Source of the DNA: Heptranchias perlo
Taxonomy: Eukaryota
Assembly: GCF_035084215.1 (NCBI RefSeq)
Contig: NC_090360.1
Coordinates: 16,492,001-16,556,000, forward strand
Direction: 5' to 3'
DNA length: 64,000 bases
This document shows, in pieces, positions 13,876 through 26,283 of the stretch. Under the pieces are notes generated by a model. The model worked only from the letters and a program-made list of their open reading frames with translations, did no database searches and was not told the origin of the DNA. Numbering within the stretch: position 1 is the first letter of the stretch; each line of letters begins with the position of its first letter. The position numbers were made by a program, and so were the translations under genes.

Positions 13876-14169
13876 TCAAAAGGGGACTCCCTCAATCTTC
13901 AGAAGGAGGGTGAAAAGAGTTTGATTTCACTACTTCATGAAGAGGATGGTGAATGTATAAACTGGATTGCCAAGGGAGTCAATGAGGGTAGAGAATTGGA
14001 TACGTAGTCAACGAAAAGTAGAATGGGATACGATATTTCTTAGATACTGGAATCAGCCAAATGAACCACAATGGTCTTTTCTGGTCTTCTACATTCCTAT
14101 TTTGCTGAAAGGACATATTTAGACTACAACTACTTGTTTCAAGTAGACTGCTTGCTACAGCTATTCAAA

Positions 14170-14580
14170 GCATAAAGAAGAGGACCACCAGGATGATTGT
14201 AGAGATGGAGGGATTGGATTATGAGGAGCGATTACGGAAATTGTGCATATTCTCACTGGAAAAGAGAAGGTTGAGAGGTGATATGATAGATGATTTTAGG
14301 ATTCTAAAGGGACTAGTTAATGTAGATCACGACAAACTGTTTCACATTGTCCAGAACAGTAGAACCAAGAGGATATGGCCTGCACTTAAAGGGACTAAAT
14401 TCAAAACTAAACTATAGAAACATTATTTCAGTGAGCAAGTGGTAAATCTATAGAACAGGCTCCCAAGGAAGACAGTGGAAGCAGATAATACTGATTCATT
14501 CAAATGCAAATTAGATAAATTTCTTTCAGGAAATAATATTTTGTAATACAGTATATGAACAATTTGAGACATAACATGTG
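14170..14580 (+). mobile_element. CR1 LINE 3' fragment
   Basis: GLDYEERLRKLCIFSLEKRRLRGDMI motif. Confidence 0.8.
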
Positions 14581-16889
14581 GTAACTGTAGCACGCTTGGG
14601 AGGAACAGGTGACTTTGACCTATGGTTCTCAAACCTCTCCACCACTGGGGGTTTTCCTCGCCTCATGTCTGAGTCTGTTGTAGACTAATTGATAGAGATT
14701 GATTGCTATGATCAGTCAACAACTCAATTATCATTGTATCAGGCGACTACCAAGATTGTAAAAGGAAAACTAGATGGACCTTGGTCTTTTTTCATCTCAT
14801 AATTCCTATGTTCTTATGTTCATGGCAGTTTGGATTTCAATCCTGTTCGCAGTGGCTGGCTGAAACTTAAATTCTGCTACCCAGAACATAACCGGCTCCC
14901 CTGACATTAAAGTTCTAATGTGAAAAAAAATTCTAATTCTTTTGGGGAATTTGCTTGTTAGCACTTTTGATTCTGGGTGGGTACTCCAGCTTTCATTCAT
15001 GAGATTGATCAATCATACTTTATAACACCCCGAGTGAAAGTGCTGCACGTAAAATCCCCAAATTGGATCACACAATTGTGAGATGTTTCAGGGAAATAGA
15101 TATCACTCCCATTGATATAAAAGTTGGTGGTGGCATTTAATATTTAGAAATGTAAAGTAATACAAGCATGTGCTAAATGAAACAAATATAATTGCACAAT
15201 GAAAGGTACATAACTTAGTACAGAATAGCAGGAAAAAAAATTGGATGCCATAACTGAACAAACACTAAAATGATCACTTTGAATGACAGCAATTTCAATG
15301 GCACATAAAATTTTGGGAGGAAAAAGGGGAGGGAGGAAGGAAAATAATAAAGGGGAGGGAAAAGGGACTTGTTTTTATATAGCAGGCCGCAGAACATCCC
15401 AAAGTGCTTCCCAATGAAGTACTTTGAAGTGTGGTCACTGTTGTAATACAAGGAAATCCATAAGGAGTAGGCCTAATACTACTATAAAAGTAATAGGTGA
15501 AACCATATTTGTCATATAATGTGCAACCTTGGTCAAACCTATGAATGGACAGGCAACTGAAAATCATTTGGTGGCAGGGAACCACAAAGATGTCAAATGA
15601 GACTAAGTGAGATTGAAAGTATTTTCATTGAAAAATGAAGACTGAAGGCCAGCTATACTAAACACTCAGCACTGGTGGGGAGAGAAGTCGCTCAAATCAA
15701 ATTTAGCCAAGCAAGGGGGGACCACCTTCACCTTGAAGAGCTCCAACTTCACACTGGATGCAGTAAAACTTATGATATGGAACAAACTTTCTAAACTTCA
15801 TTTATAATCTTAATCAGTATTGGGAAAGAACCCATAGTGATGCATTACTCAGCTCCATGTTGTTTTCAGCAGGTATTGGTCTCCATCCAGTCCTGTAATG
15901 TAACAATACCCTAAACAAGAGTAATGATGCATTATTTCAATTCATAAAAGGAATTAGTGAAGTTGTTATGGAAGAGAAGAAACCAAGGGGCAATTATAAG
16001 CCAAAGGGGGTGACTATTTTGCCTTAGAATGGCTAACTGATAGGATAGAATGTCACTAATGCACCAAATATGAACTTATTCGGTGCCTCAAAAATAGATT
16101 CTTGATTAGATAAAGAGGGAGACAGGATTAGCAATAAAGTAATAGAAACTGTCTGAGTAGCTCACAAAGACCTGCCCAAACAATAGATGAAATAAGTGTA
16201 CTACTAAATGACTATTTCTGATTACTCTCTATATATTATAGATTAATATAAGCAGCCATTCCAATTATCACATAGTGAAAGCATGCATTCCTTAAACAAA
16301 AAGTAATGCATCAATCATAGTCACATTCACAAGATGTTATGACAGCATGCTTGCGATATTCTAAGTACATATGGAAAATTGTCTTATCGACTTAAGGGTT
16401 GTAACAAATATTCCAGCCTGTTTTATGTTGGTAAAAGGGATTTTCAGATGATTAAAGCAAAAGGCATGTCTGTCCCCAGCTCCAGTATGAATCAGACCAG
16501 ACCATTCATTATAACCATATAAAGGCTTCAACTATGCAAGCCTTCAATTAAATCCTAATTACAACAACTTCCAAGATTTTTTTTAAATAACTGAAACTGT
16601 TTTGTTTCATTAGAAAATGTTTCAGTATGTGGAGAAGCACTGTACACACTTTGTATTATTATTGCTCAAAGTAATTGTTATCTGTAAAATACTTATCATA
16701 GTGTTGCGTGATACAGTTACATCAGTGCTTTAGAACTTTTCTGCATTCTTGGCACGTGGATTAGATCTTCACATACATCATTTATCTTCAGGAACACAAC
16801 AAGTGTAGCTCCTGATGAACTCACATCATCGCAATTGAAAATTATAAGATTGGAAAACTGCATAGCTCTATATCTAGATTTTTGGACTC

Positions 16890-17022
16890 TAAAAGAACCA
16901 AGGGATATGGGGAATGGGCGGGAAAGTGAAGTTGAGGTCGACGATCAGCCATGATCTTATTGAATGGTGGAGCAGGCTCGAGGGGCTGTTTAGCCTATTC
17001 ATGCTCCTATTTCTTATGTTCT
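16890..17022 (+). mobile_element. CR1 3' UTR fragment
   Basis: GATCAGCCATGATCTTATTGAATGG, as at 7795-7820. Confidence 0.7.
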
Positions 17023-17196
17023 TATATAAATATGCAAAAACTGCAAGTCCAGATAAGCTGCTTATAAACTTATGTTTTACTACAAGTGTTTGTGCAAAAG
17101 TATTTTATTGTATCAGCCTCTCACACAGTATGGAGGTTGATACCTATAGAATATATAATCTGAGCTGGAGGGATACGAAGGGACTAACACTTGTGG

Positions 17197-17891
17197 GGGT
17201 GAAGTTGGACTTGGACAGAGATGCACAACAGACAGAATCCCTTTTGCCGCCCGATATAGACCCCACCCAATATTCAGTAGCATTGAAGTCCATGGAACAG
17301 AATACCAGGTGTAGCATTTAACGGGCAGGGCGTATAAATATCTCACTTAGTCTCATTTGACATCTTTGTGGTTCCCTGCCACCAAATGATTTTGAGTTGC
17401 CTGTCCATTCGTAAGTTTGACCAAGGTTGCAAATTATATGGAGTGTATAACAGGCGGGGCGTATAACGGGCGAGCCATATAATAGGCGGAGTATATAACA
17501 GGCAGAGCGTATAATGGGCGAGGTGTATAATGGGCGGAGTGCAAAACGGGCGGGACGTATAAAGGGTGGGGTGTATAACAGGCGGGGCGTATAACAGGCA
17601 AGGTGTATAACGGGCAGGACGTATAGTGGACGGAACTTATACAGGGCGGTACGTATAATGGGCGAGGCATATAATGGGCGGGGTGTATAATAGGCGGGGC
17701 GTATAACGGGCGGTACGTATAATGGACGAGACGTATAACGGGTGGGGTGTATAACAGGTGGGCCATATAACAGGCGGGGCATATAACAGGTGGGCCATAT
17801 AACAGGTGGGGCATATAACAGGTGGGGTGTATAATGGACGACCAATGCAATTCCACCTGTTTTACGCCATTGCCCATGTCCACTTTCACTC
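17197..17891. mobile_element. MITE with ~65-bp imperfect TIRs containing a minisatellite
   Basis: Left end GGGTGAAGTTGGACTTGGACA; right end reverse complement GAGTGAAAGTGGACATGGGCA. Similarity continues inward to the TATA(G/C)ACCCC motif. Confidence 0.6.
17445..17840. repeat. 16-bp minisatellite, ~25 degenerate units (GTATAACAGGCGGGGC)
   Basis: Direct reading shows a 16-nt period: gtataacaggcggggc, gtataacgggcgagcc, atataataggcggagt and so on. Confidence 0.92.
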
Positions 17892-18689
17892 ATGAGTTGG
17901 TGTGACATTCCTTGGCTGCTATTTAATGGAGGCATGAAGATTAATACCTGCATTAAAATTAATGCACAGAGGAATATTTGACGAATATGCCGGCTGATTG
18001 CAGACATTGGAGTTTGGTCACTTTACAGCCATCTCTGTTAAATCTTAAAAATTCCAATTCAGATCGGTTAAATGTTAACTGTTTTGTAATTATTTAGATA
18101 CAAGCATATTAAAAATACGCTCATATCAATTCACCCATTAATTATTGTAATTCATTAGCAAGTCTGTAGAATATTCCTTGGTAACTGCCCCAAATTGTAA
18201 AGTTATCCATGGAACGCAGAACTACTTCCACTTTGCCTGCGTTTTTTAATAAATTCAATGATAAACTGTATGCAAGTTGTCACTCTACTTGAACCAATGG
18301 TGGGAAAACATTTTTGACACAAAGCAGACGGGATCTTGCGCAGGCCGTCAAAAATTGTATTGGTTAACTGATAATTTGAAAATAAGGTTAAGACTGTAAT
18401 TAAATCCTGCTTAACCGGGGGCCTCCTGTCCAGCCAAATGAAACAGCACTCGGGCCATTGAGAACTGGTTGGGTTGACACTTGCTTACTCAAGAACTGTT
18501 TTTAAAATACACTGCGAATCCAAAAGTAATTTGGGGTATAGAAGGCAGTGATCTGTTGAAAGAAAGTTCTTGTGATGTTTGCAGAGAATTGGCAGCAATT
18601 TGGTGGAAATAATTAGACACTGACCCCAGGGCGCAGAACATAACTGGCTGTGGTATACATTGTTCTTCCCATTAGTCCAATGTGTTCGT

Positions 18690-18775
18690 CAACTGTTTAC
18701 AGAATCTTCATTAACTAACAGGGTTGCAAGATAAGGGGAACTCAAGCAGGGCATCAATGGCCAAGATAAGACGGT
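18690..18775 (+). promoter_or_regulatory. Candidate GDF2 proximal promoter elements (FOX site and paired GATA sites)
   Basis: TGTTTAC at 18694-18700; AGATAAG at 18729-18735 and 18764-18770; about 200-270 nt upstream of the ATG. Confidence 0.4.
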
Positions 18776-18967
18776 GCATCTGTGCAATGATATTGGTAGA
18801 AGCAAGACTGCAGTAGGACAGAGCACAAGGCGCAAGCTAGGCAGAACCAATTTATTTCAGAAGTCGCATCTGTCTTCACTGTTTTTTTCGAGGTACACTG
18901 CGAGAATTCAACTAATATATTACAAGAGTCTGTTTCGAATCACAGGGCGCCCAAAAGACCAGAAGCA

Positions 18968-19310
18968 ATGACTTGTGCTACCTGGTTCGCAATAGTGTCT
19001 TCGCTAAGTTTCCTGTTACAGGTTGCGACGTGCAAACCGCTGAACGGTTGGGGACTGCCAACCGATGAAGAGGGAGTCGATAATTACGAAAATGAAGACG
19101 TTCCAGATGAAGACAGTGGGTTCGATTTCAACGCGTTTTTGGAAAGCATGAAGGACGAGTTCTTACGGAGTTTCAACTTGTCAGATATCCCTTTGCAAGA
19201 TCCAGCGCAAGTGGATCCTCCACAGTTCATGATAGATCTGTACAACAAGTTTGCTACTGATAGGTCATCCATGCCGTCTTCAAACATCGTAAGAAGCTTC
19301 AGAAACGAAG
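18968..19310 (+). CDS. GDF2: GDF2/BMP9 exon 1 (signal peptide and N-terminal prodomain)
   Basis: ATG at 18968 followed by a hydrophobic signal peptide. Contains BMP9/10 prodomain motifs (MKDEFLRSFNLS; PPQFMIDLYNKFATDRSSMPSSNIVRSF). Phase-1 donor GAAG|gtaaat at 19310/19311. GDF2 rather than BMP10 is assigned from its position next to RBP3 and ZNF488. Confidence 0.88.
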
Positions 19311-19841
19311 GTAAATTACATTTCACAGCCTACAGAAGCATCTGCGAATTTTCTACCGATAAAAAAAAGTGTAACAATTGCCCTGGCCTGTAATAATACG
19401 CTTAGTGGATACTATTTCTGAAATGTTCAGCCAACTGCTTCCCAATTATAACCGCAGCACAAACGAAATATTTGTTGGACTAAGCACTGACCTTGAGATA
19501 AGTCACCCAGTATGAAACTATGTGAAATAAACTAGAGGATGGAATTTTTTTTAAAAACGATGCAGTTGGCTTCGTCAAAGACGAATAGTCTTGCTTGTAT
19601 TTTTGACAGATTTTACACAAATTCGACCGAACAAATACAAGAGCATTCAACGTTGGCAAAGCCAATTGCATTATTTCTTGGAATATCGCAATCTACTAGT
19701 TTATATAGAAATATACACGATTGGATATATGACTTATATCATGCACTGTTAATTTTGAGAGTTTCAACGTAACTTTTAGATAGGGGGTGTAGTTCTAAGT
19801 CTTGGATACTCTGGTTTTTCAAATACTTGCTATTTTCCCAG

Positions 19842-20788
19842 ATAGTACATCCATTCTCCCATTGGGAGAAAACGAAGTGAGGAGGCACATGCTCATCTTT
19901 AACATATCCATCCCCCGTCATGAAGAGATCACCATGGCCGAATTGAGACTGTACACCGTCGTTGAGAGAGACAGGAGAATGTACGAAGGTGTGAACAGGA
20001 TAGTCACGGTTTATGACGCAGACGAGCCGGACGAGAGCTTGCAAGAGGTATCGATGCAACCCCAGCGGTCATTGCTGGTCTCCAAACAGATCGATGGCAA
20101 GAACAGCGGCTGGGAAGCCTTTGATGTGACCGATGCCATCAAACGTTGGGTCAGATCCGGCAAAACGACTCATAAGCTTGAAATTCACATCGAAAACGCC
20201 GAAGGTCCACAAGAGGTGGTGGACATGGAGATCGACCCGAGCTCTGAAAATAAAAACGTGCCGTTGCTGGTGGTGTTTTCCGATGATCGAAGTCATGGGA
20301 AGAGGGAATCCGGAGACGAAATGAAAGAGATGATCGTGCATGAGCAGGAGATCATGCTGGAGGAGCTGGCGGAAAGGTTCACTTCACATGGGCACGATGA
20401 AGGTCTGATCAAGGCACAGTCCATGCTCTCTTATGACTCCTCATCGAGAACCCGCAGAAACGCCAAAGGGAATTACTGCAAACGGTCTCCTCTCCACGTG
20501 GACTTCATGGAGATCGGTTGGAACTCCTGGATAATCGCCCCTAAGAGTTACGAGGCATACGAGTGCAGAGGGGTGTGCTATTTCCCTTTGACTGACCACG
20601 TCACCCCCACCAAACACGCTATCATCCAGACACTGGTGAACCGCTCGAATCCCAAGAAAGCGTCCAAGGCCTGTTGTGTGCCAACCAAGCTTAATCCCAT
20701 CTCGGTACTGTACAAGGACGATGCCGGAGTAATGACCTACATGTACAAATACGAGGGCATGGTAGTGGCGGAGTGTGGGTGTAGATAG
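19842..20788 (+). CDS. GDF2: GDF2/BMP9 exon 2 (prodomain, RTRR furin site, 7-Cys TGF-beta domain)
   Basis: Acceptor ttttcccag|AT restores the frame (G+AT = Asp). RTRR at 20447-20458, then mature domain NAKGNYC...VTPTKHAIIQTLV...KACCVPTKL...ECGCR*. Spliced CDS is 1290 nt (429 aa). Confidence 0.9.
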
Positions 20789-22334
20789 TGAGAAGGACAC
20801 ACGGTGAACTCTGGTCGATGCAAACCGTGCAATCGACTCCGTCCACAACACTTGTAAATCTGTACATTTGGGATGCAAAGTTTATATATTTGTTTATTTA
20901 ATGACAACATATGTACAGCTGACCAATATAAATCGTTAAACCTTACATTTTCTAACGGTAGAAGATCTCATGGACAAATATCACTGTAAATACATACAAG
21001 GTACAGTATTACGATGCAAGGTTAATCGTGCTATGCTCATCGCGTTTTCTCCTAAACTCACTCTGGTCTGTTTTGAATTCACAACCGAAAAATAAAATGT
21101 AGATACTGCAATTCGATTACCCTCATCTGTATGACAGTGCTGTCAAAACTAGTCTCAAAGTGGCGCAGCGAAAGGGATTGGTTTATTTATATTCATCTGT
21201 GAATTTCTGATGGTCCTGGGAACGTGTTGAGTGACGAGAGGTCGCAATCCCAAGCGCAAGTCTTATCCGACAGCATACCACTCACTTTTTTTTGTGCTCT
21301 TCTACATCGTATACTTAACAGATAAGAGCACATGCCTTCCACCAGCTAAACAGACCCGGGGCAGTCACTTCCTGCGAGCGAATAAATACTTTATCAAAAA
21401 CCAGATAGATAAACTGCCTTTTTCCAGTACATGCTCGCTATTAGCAAAAAGATGTCAAGAGGTCAGAATACAACAGGTCAACGAAATCTTGGCCAAGGGC
21501 GTCTTGTTATGTCGGATCTTTACCCCGCCTGGGTCTATTACCATCATACCATGCTGCGAATTTTACAAATGTATTAGAATTATGCAAAAAAAAAGGGGGT
21601 TTATAAACCTGCGTGCAAATAACATTTATAATTATCCTAACATGGCCTTGGTAGATTGTAAATGGGTAGAACCGATTGGCTATTGATTGGGGGTTGGCTG
21701 CATTAAGGCAAATATTAATTTAATATTATTGACAGGAATAACGAAAAGCATAGATAAATATCTCTAAATTAATAGGGACAGCCAACAGACCAACGACAGA
21801 CGAAAATATTACAATCAGATATCTATCTTTTTGGTACAAATAATCGGCCCGTCCAATAGTCTCTTCTATTACCTACCTGGTTTTAAACACATAGCAAATG
21901 TAGACACATCTACACAAATTACGGAATAAACGCATCGAAAACTTTAAACGGCATTTTGTTTCCAAGTATCTGGAGCTGTGTATCACACATCGATTTCAGC
22001 ATTAAACAAATAGTGTTTAAAATTGTAAATAAGTACCTGAAGGATCCAAGTGCACAGCTAAAATGTCAAACGAGTACGTGCTTGGCTGGACTTGAATTGG
22101 TTTAGCCTGACGTCCCGCGTATGGGCAGGGTGAAGAGGAAGGCACCTGCACGTCACCCAGAATAATCCTTCAAAACGCGACCTGTTCATTTATTGTTAAC
22201 AACAGGAACAAGTCATGTGGGAAGTGAGCCAGCGGGAGTTTATCCAGAATGTCACACGTGATCTTGCTGTTTCCTAGAATATATGAAGGATGAGGGGAAC
22301 GCAATGCCAGTGCAATTAAAAAAATAGTACTTCT

Positions 22335-22785
22335 AAGAAAGAAAGGAACAAACTTGCATTTTATAGCGCATGTCACGCCCTCAGGACTTCCCAAAGCGCT
22401 TTACAGCCAATGATGTACTTTTACAAGTGTAGTCACTGTTGTAATGTAGGAAAGTTGGCAGCCAATTTGGCACAGCAAGGTCTCACAAACAGCATTGAGA
22501 TAATGATCAGATAATCTGTTTAGGTTGAAGAATAAATATTGGCCAGTAGACTGGATAGAACTCCCCTTGCTCTTTGAAATAATGCCATGGGATATTTTGT
22601 GTCCACCTGAGGGGCTAGACAAGGCCTCCGTTTAACGTCTCGTCTGAAAGACAGAACCTCCGTCGGTGCAGCGCTCCCTCGGTACTGCACTGGAGTGTCA
22701 GCCTGGATTATGTGCTCAAGTCTCTGGAGTGGGACTTGAACCCACAGCCTTCAGATTCAAAGGGGACAGTGCTACCACTGAGCCT
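22335..22785 (-). mobile_element. tRNA-derived SINE with an L2-type tail
   Basis: Minus-strand head GGCTCAGTGGTAGCAC (A box) ... GGTTCAAGTCC (B box); tail AAATGCAAGT..TTTCTTTCTT. Confidence 0.85.
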
Positions 22786-22918
22786 CTCAATACTGACATA
22801 ATTTAGAGGTTTTTTTGTCAATTTCTAAGATTGATTCAGTGCTTTTCTTAGATCAAAGAAACAATTGTCTGTCTGGTTGGAGGGGTTTTGCATGTTTCAG
22901 TTCATACACACTAAAAAT

Positions 22919-23633
22919 GGCCCTGAATTTACTGAGTGCCATTCATTACACTTGCCCTTGCCCATATACTCTCCATGAACTTTTACGCTGGAAGTTACAT
23001 CTGGGACCTGTGTGAGCAAGAGAAGCAACTGTGTATCTCTTTAATCAATCAGACTGAAGAATCGTTAATGAGCAGTGCAGAATCTGAACCAGGAAGTGTC
23101 AGTTAGAATAGTGAATTCAATGTCAACTCTGGTACAGAAAGCAAAATAAAGAGAGGGAAAGAAAGATTGGATTAAGAGAGAAAGAAAAAAGACAGAAAGA
23201 CAAGGTTAAAAAAAATGTATTTACATTCTTTTTAAAATCTTCAACAACAATTAAAAGCTGAAGAAATAAGACTCCATGCTTGTAAAAGTTAATTTTCAGT
23301 GCCAGAGAAGTTGTTTGGCAATAATTAAGACTTACCTCATCGTTAAAAGGGTAATTAGGACGTAATGGACAAGCCCTAACTTTTTGTGATGAGTTTAGTC
23401 CGTATCTGTAAGTACAGGAACTTCACGCCATTCAATGTATTTGAATGGTGAGTCAGATAGCGAGATGCCGTTTTCACGAAGCTGATGGAGGGGCAGTGCA
23501 TCTCGAACAGCAACTTCTGGATTTTCATGTTTAACTGCGCATGTGCACTCGACGGAAGTTGGTGTCTGATTTGCAAATAAGTAACGGCGAGCGCTGTTAG
23601 CGTGACCATTATTTTCACAGTAAATTCTGGGCC
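22919..23633. mobile_element. Non-autonomous DNA transposon (Harbinger-type MITE)
   Basis: TIR GGCCCTGAATTTACTG / CAGTAAATTCTGGGCC (15/16 match); same family as 2048-2738. Confidence 0.75.
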
Positions 23634-24744
23634 ATTATAATCCTAAAGTAGTTTCAGTATTATAAAATAGAACACATCTCCCATAATATTGATCACAGTA
23701 AAATTAGAGTCTTGTTGCAAATGATGCTGGGGTGTAGAAGTGGGGGAGGGGTGCAGGTGCCCCTAATAGAACTGCAAACAAATCTCCCCAGAGACAGTAA
23801 AATATATTTTTTTGATTGGCGCCTGAAAAATAAATTAAAAATGCTTTCTTTAACCACCATAGGTAAGTAGGACAGGTACATGAATAAATCTTAATGTAAT
23901 AAGGGGGAGCAGGGTTTTTTTACCCTTACTGTACATCTCGATAGGATTGGAATTTGTGTAGTGAATTCCAACAAATATAATTCTTTTGCATCTCTCCTCC
24001 TTTACTGCAAAAAAATTTAGTGATACCAAAAGGTTTTACTTTAATATACATATTTAAATCAGGACTTTTATTCAGAATATCCTTCTAAACTTGAGTGATA
24101 GTGCAGTTCTTCCAGAATTTGCTACATATTTATATAGACAATGGTTGTTTTGAATTCTGAGTATAAACAAAATTAATACAGCTTAATAATATAATTTAGA
24201 ATATATTATGAAATATAAAGTCCCGCTCAGAATCATTCTGCCCCAGTCCTTTTCCACTCAATGGCTTTCTCGTCGATTGTATCCGTGTTTGGCTTACTTC
24301 CTCTGTTTGCCAACAATAGGCGTGCTAGGTTAGCTAATATACAGTCTACACCATTTTTGCTTTGGAAAATTATCTTAGAAAAAGTTGGAATTCATATTTT
24401 GTTTTGTTCTTGGTGTCTTTTTACAAATTCAAATGAACTTATGTGTTTTTGATTAAGGCTTCTCTGGGGGCTTATTTCTGCAGTCATTTTCAATCAACAC
24501 ATAAGTGCAGAAGGGATGAGGCTCACCAACAGCAAGTCCTGGCACACTCTATGAATGGACAACCTTCCTGTGTGATTCACTTTTTTTCCCAATTGCATGC
24601 CTTAGGCAATTTGGTGAGTCTCTTGAGCTAAGAGTAAAGGCTTTGGGAACTTTCATGATCCCCAGCCTAAGGTTTGTCACATAGGCACAAGCCTCTGACA
24701 GAAAAGGCTGTTACAGGCATGTCAAACACAGAAAATGCTGTTGT

Positions 24745-25382
24745 ATAGAATTATATAGAATTATATATAATGTACAGCACAGAAACAGGCCATACAGCCC
24801 AGCTGGTCTATGCCAGTGTTTATGCTACACAGAGGCCTCCTCCCACCCCTCTCCATCTAACCCTATCAACACAACATTCTATTCCTTTCTCCCTCATGTG
24901 TCTATCTAGCTTCCCCTTAAATGCATCTATGCTATTTGCCTCAGCTACTCTTTGTGGTGGCGAGTTCCATATTCTAACCATATTCTGGATAAAGAAATTT
25001 CTCCTGAATTCCCTATTAGATTTATTAGTGACTATCTTATATTTATGGCCCTTAGTTTTGGTCTCCCCTACAAGTGGAAACATCTTCTCTACATCTACCC
25101 TATCAAACCCTTTCATAATCTTAAAGGCCTCGATCAGGTCACCCCTCAGCCTTCTATTTTCTAGAAAAAAGAGCCCCTGCCTGTTCAATCTTTCCTAATA
25201 GGTGTAACTGCTTAGTTCTGGTACCATCCTTGTAAATCTTTTTTGCACTTTCTCCAGTGCCTCTATATTCTGTTTATAATATGGAGACCAGAACTGTACA
25301 CAGTACTCTGTGTGGTCTAATCAAGGTTCTATACAAGTTTAACATAACTTACCTGCTTTTCAATTATATCCCTCTAGAAATG
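24745..25382 (-). mobile_element. CR1 LINE 3' fragment
   Basis: LENRRLRGDLIEAFKIMKGFDRVD..GHKYKI..RRNFF motif. Confidence 0.9.
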
Positions 25383-25904
25383 GAAGGATAGGGGTAAGTT
25401 TGATCACTTTCATGCAATTTTTGTAACTCAAGTCATTGTTATTTATAGTATCATGTAGTCAGATTAGTGAAGAACCAAGATAGTGGCTAAAAGGATTTTC
25501 AAAATATATTGCAGCATTTCTATTGATTAGCCTTCTTTCTTTGATTGATAGATTTTGCTGATTGCTCGTGCTTGATTCAATTCCTTAATTAAACAAAGTT
25601 TAAACCTTTTACTTGTTTCCTATGCTTCTTCCCATCCATTCATTTGGGACAAGTTTTGAAAAGCTCAATTTTCATTAACTGAATATTAGTTCTAAAGGAT
25701 CATTTTCAGTCAATCGATAGGCCTAATATTGAAATTCGATGCAACTAGGTTAATATTTAATGCATTATAAAATGTGTGAATATGCAGAAGAGGCTGGACT
25801 AGATTTCCCAATCCATTGAGAATCCCGCCAGATTAGTCGGGGGGAGCAAGATTCACACCCGCCACACCCTGAGTGATGACCCCGATGGATCTTCTGGGTT
25901 CAGA

Positions 25905-26283
25905 CTCATAGGAACATAGCAACATAGGAACTGCAGTAGGCCATTCAGCCCCTCAAGCCTGCTCCACCATTCAATTAGATCATAGCTGATCTGTACCTTG
26001 ACTCCATTTACCCGCCTTGGTTCTGTACCCTTAATACCCTTGCCTAACAAAAATCTATCAATCTCAGTTTTGAAATTTTCAATTGACCCCTAGCCTCACC
26101 AGCATTTAGTTTCTCTTTATCAACCCTATCAAATCCTTTAGTCATCTTAAACACTTCAATTAGATCACCCCTTAATCTTCTATACTCAAGGGAATACAAG
26201 CCTAGTCTATGCAATCTGTCCTCATAAATTAACCCTTTTAGCTCCGGTATCACTCTGGTGAATCTGCGCTGCACCCCCTCCAA
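25905..26283 (-). mobile_element. CR1 LINE 3' fragment
   Basis: EGVQRRFTRVIPELKGL.YEDRL..LYSLEYRRLRGDLIEVFK; CATAGGAA-type tail. Confidence 0.88.

Noticed and set aside
17445-17840. CRISPR-like array
   Set aside because: Contiguous degenerate tandem units with no unique spacers, in a vertebrate context.
17318-18007. 229-aa and 151-aa Pro/Tyr-rich ORFs
   Set aside because: Artefacts of the stop-free strand of the 16-bp minisatellite.
19802-19841. ORF-track start for a 328-aa protein
   Set aside because: Intronic sequence; the real exon starts at 19842 after the acceptor AG. The read-through at 19311-19393 is likewise intronic.
22720-22785. tRNA gene
   Set aside because: The A/B boxes belong to a SINE head attached to a SINE body; no complete cloverleaf.
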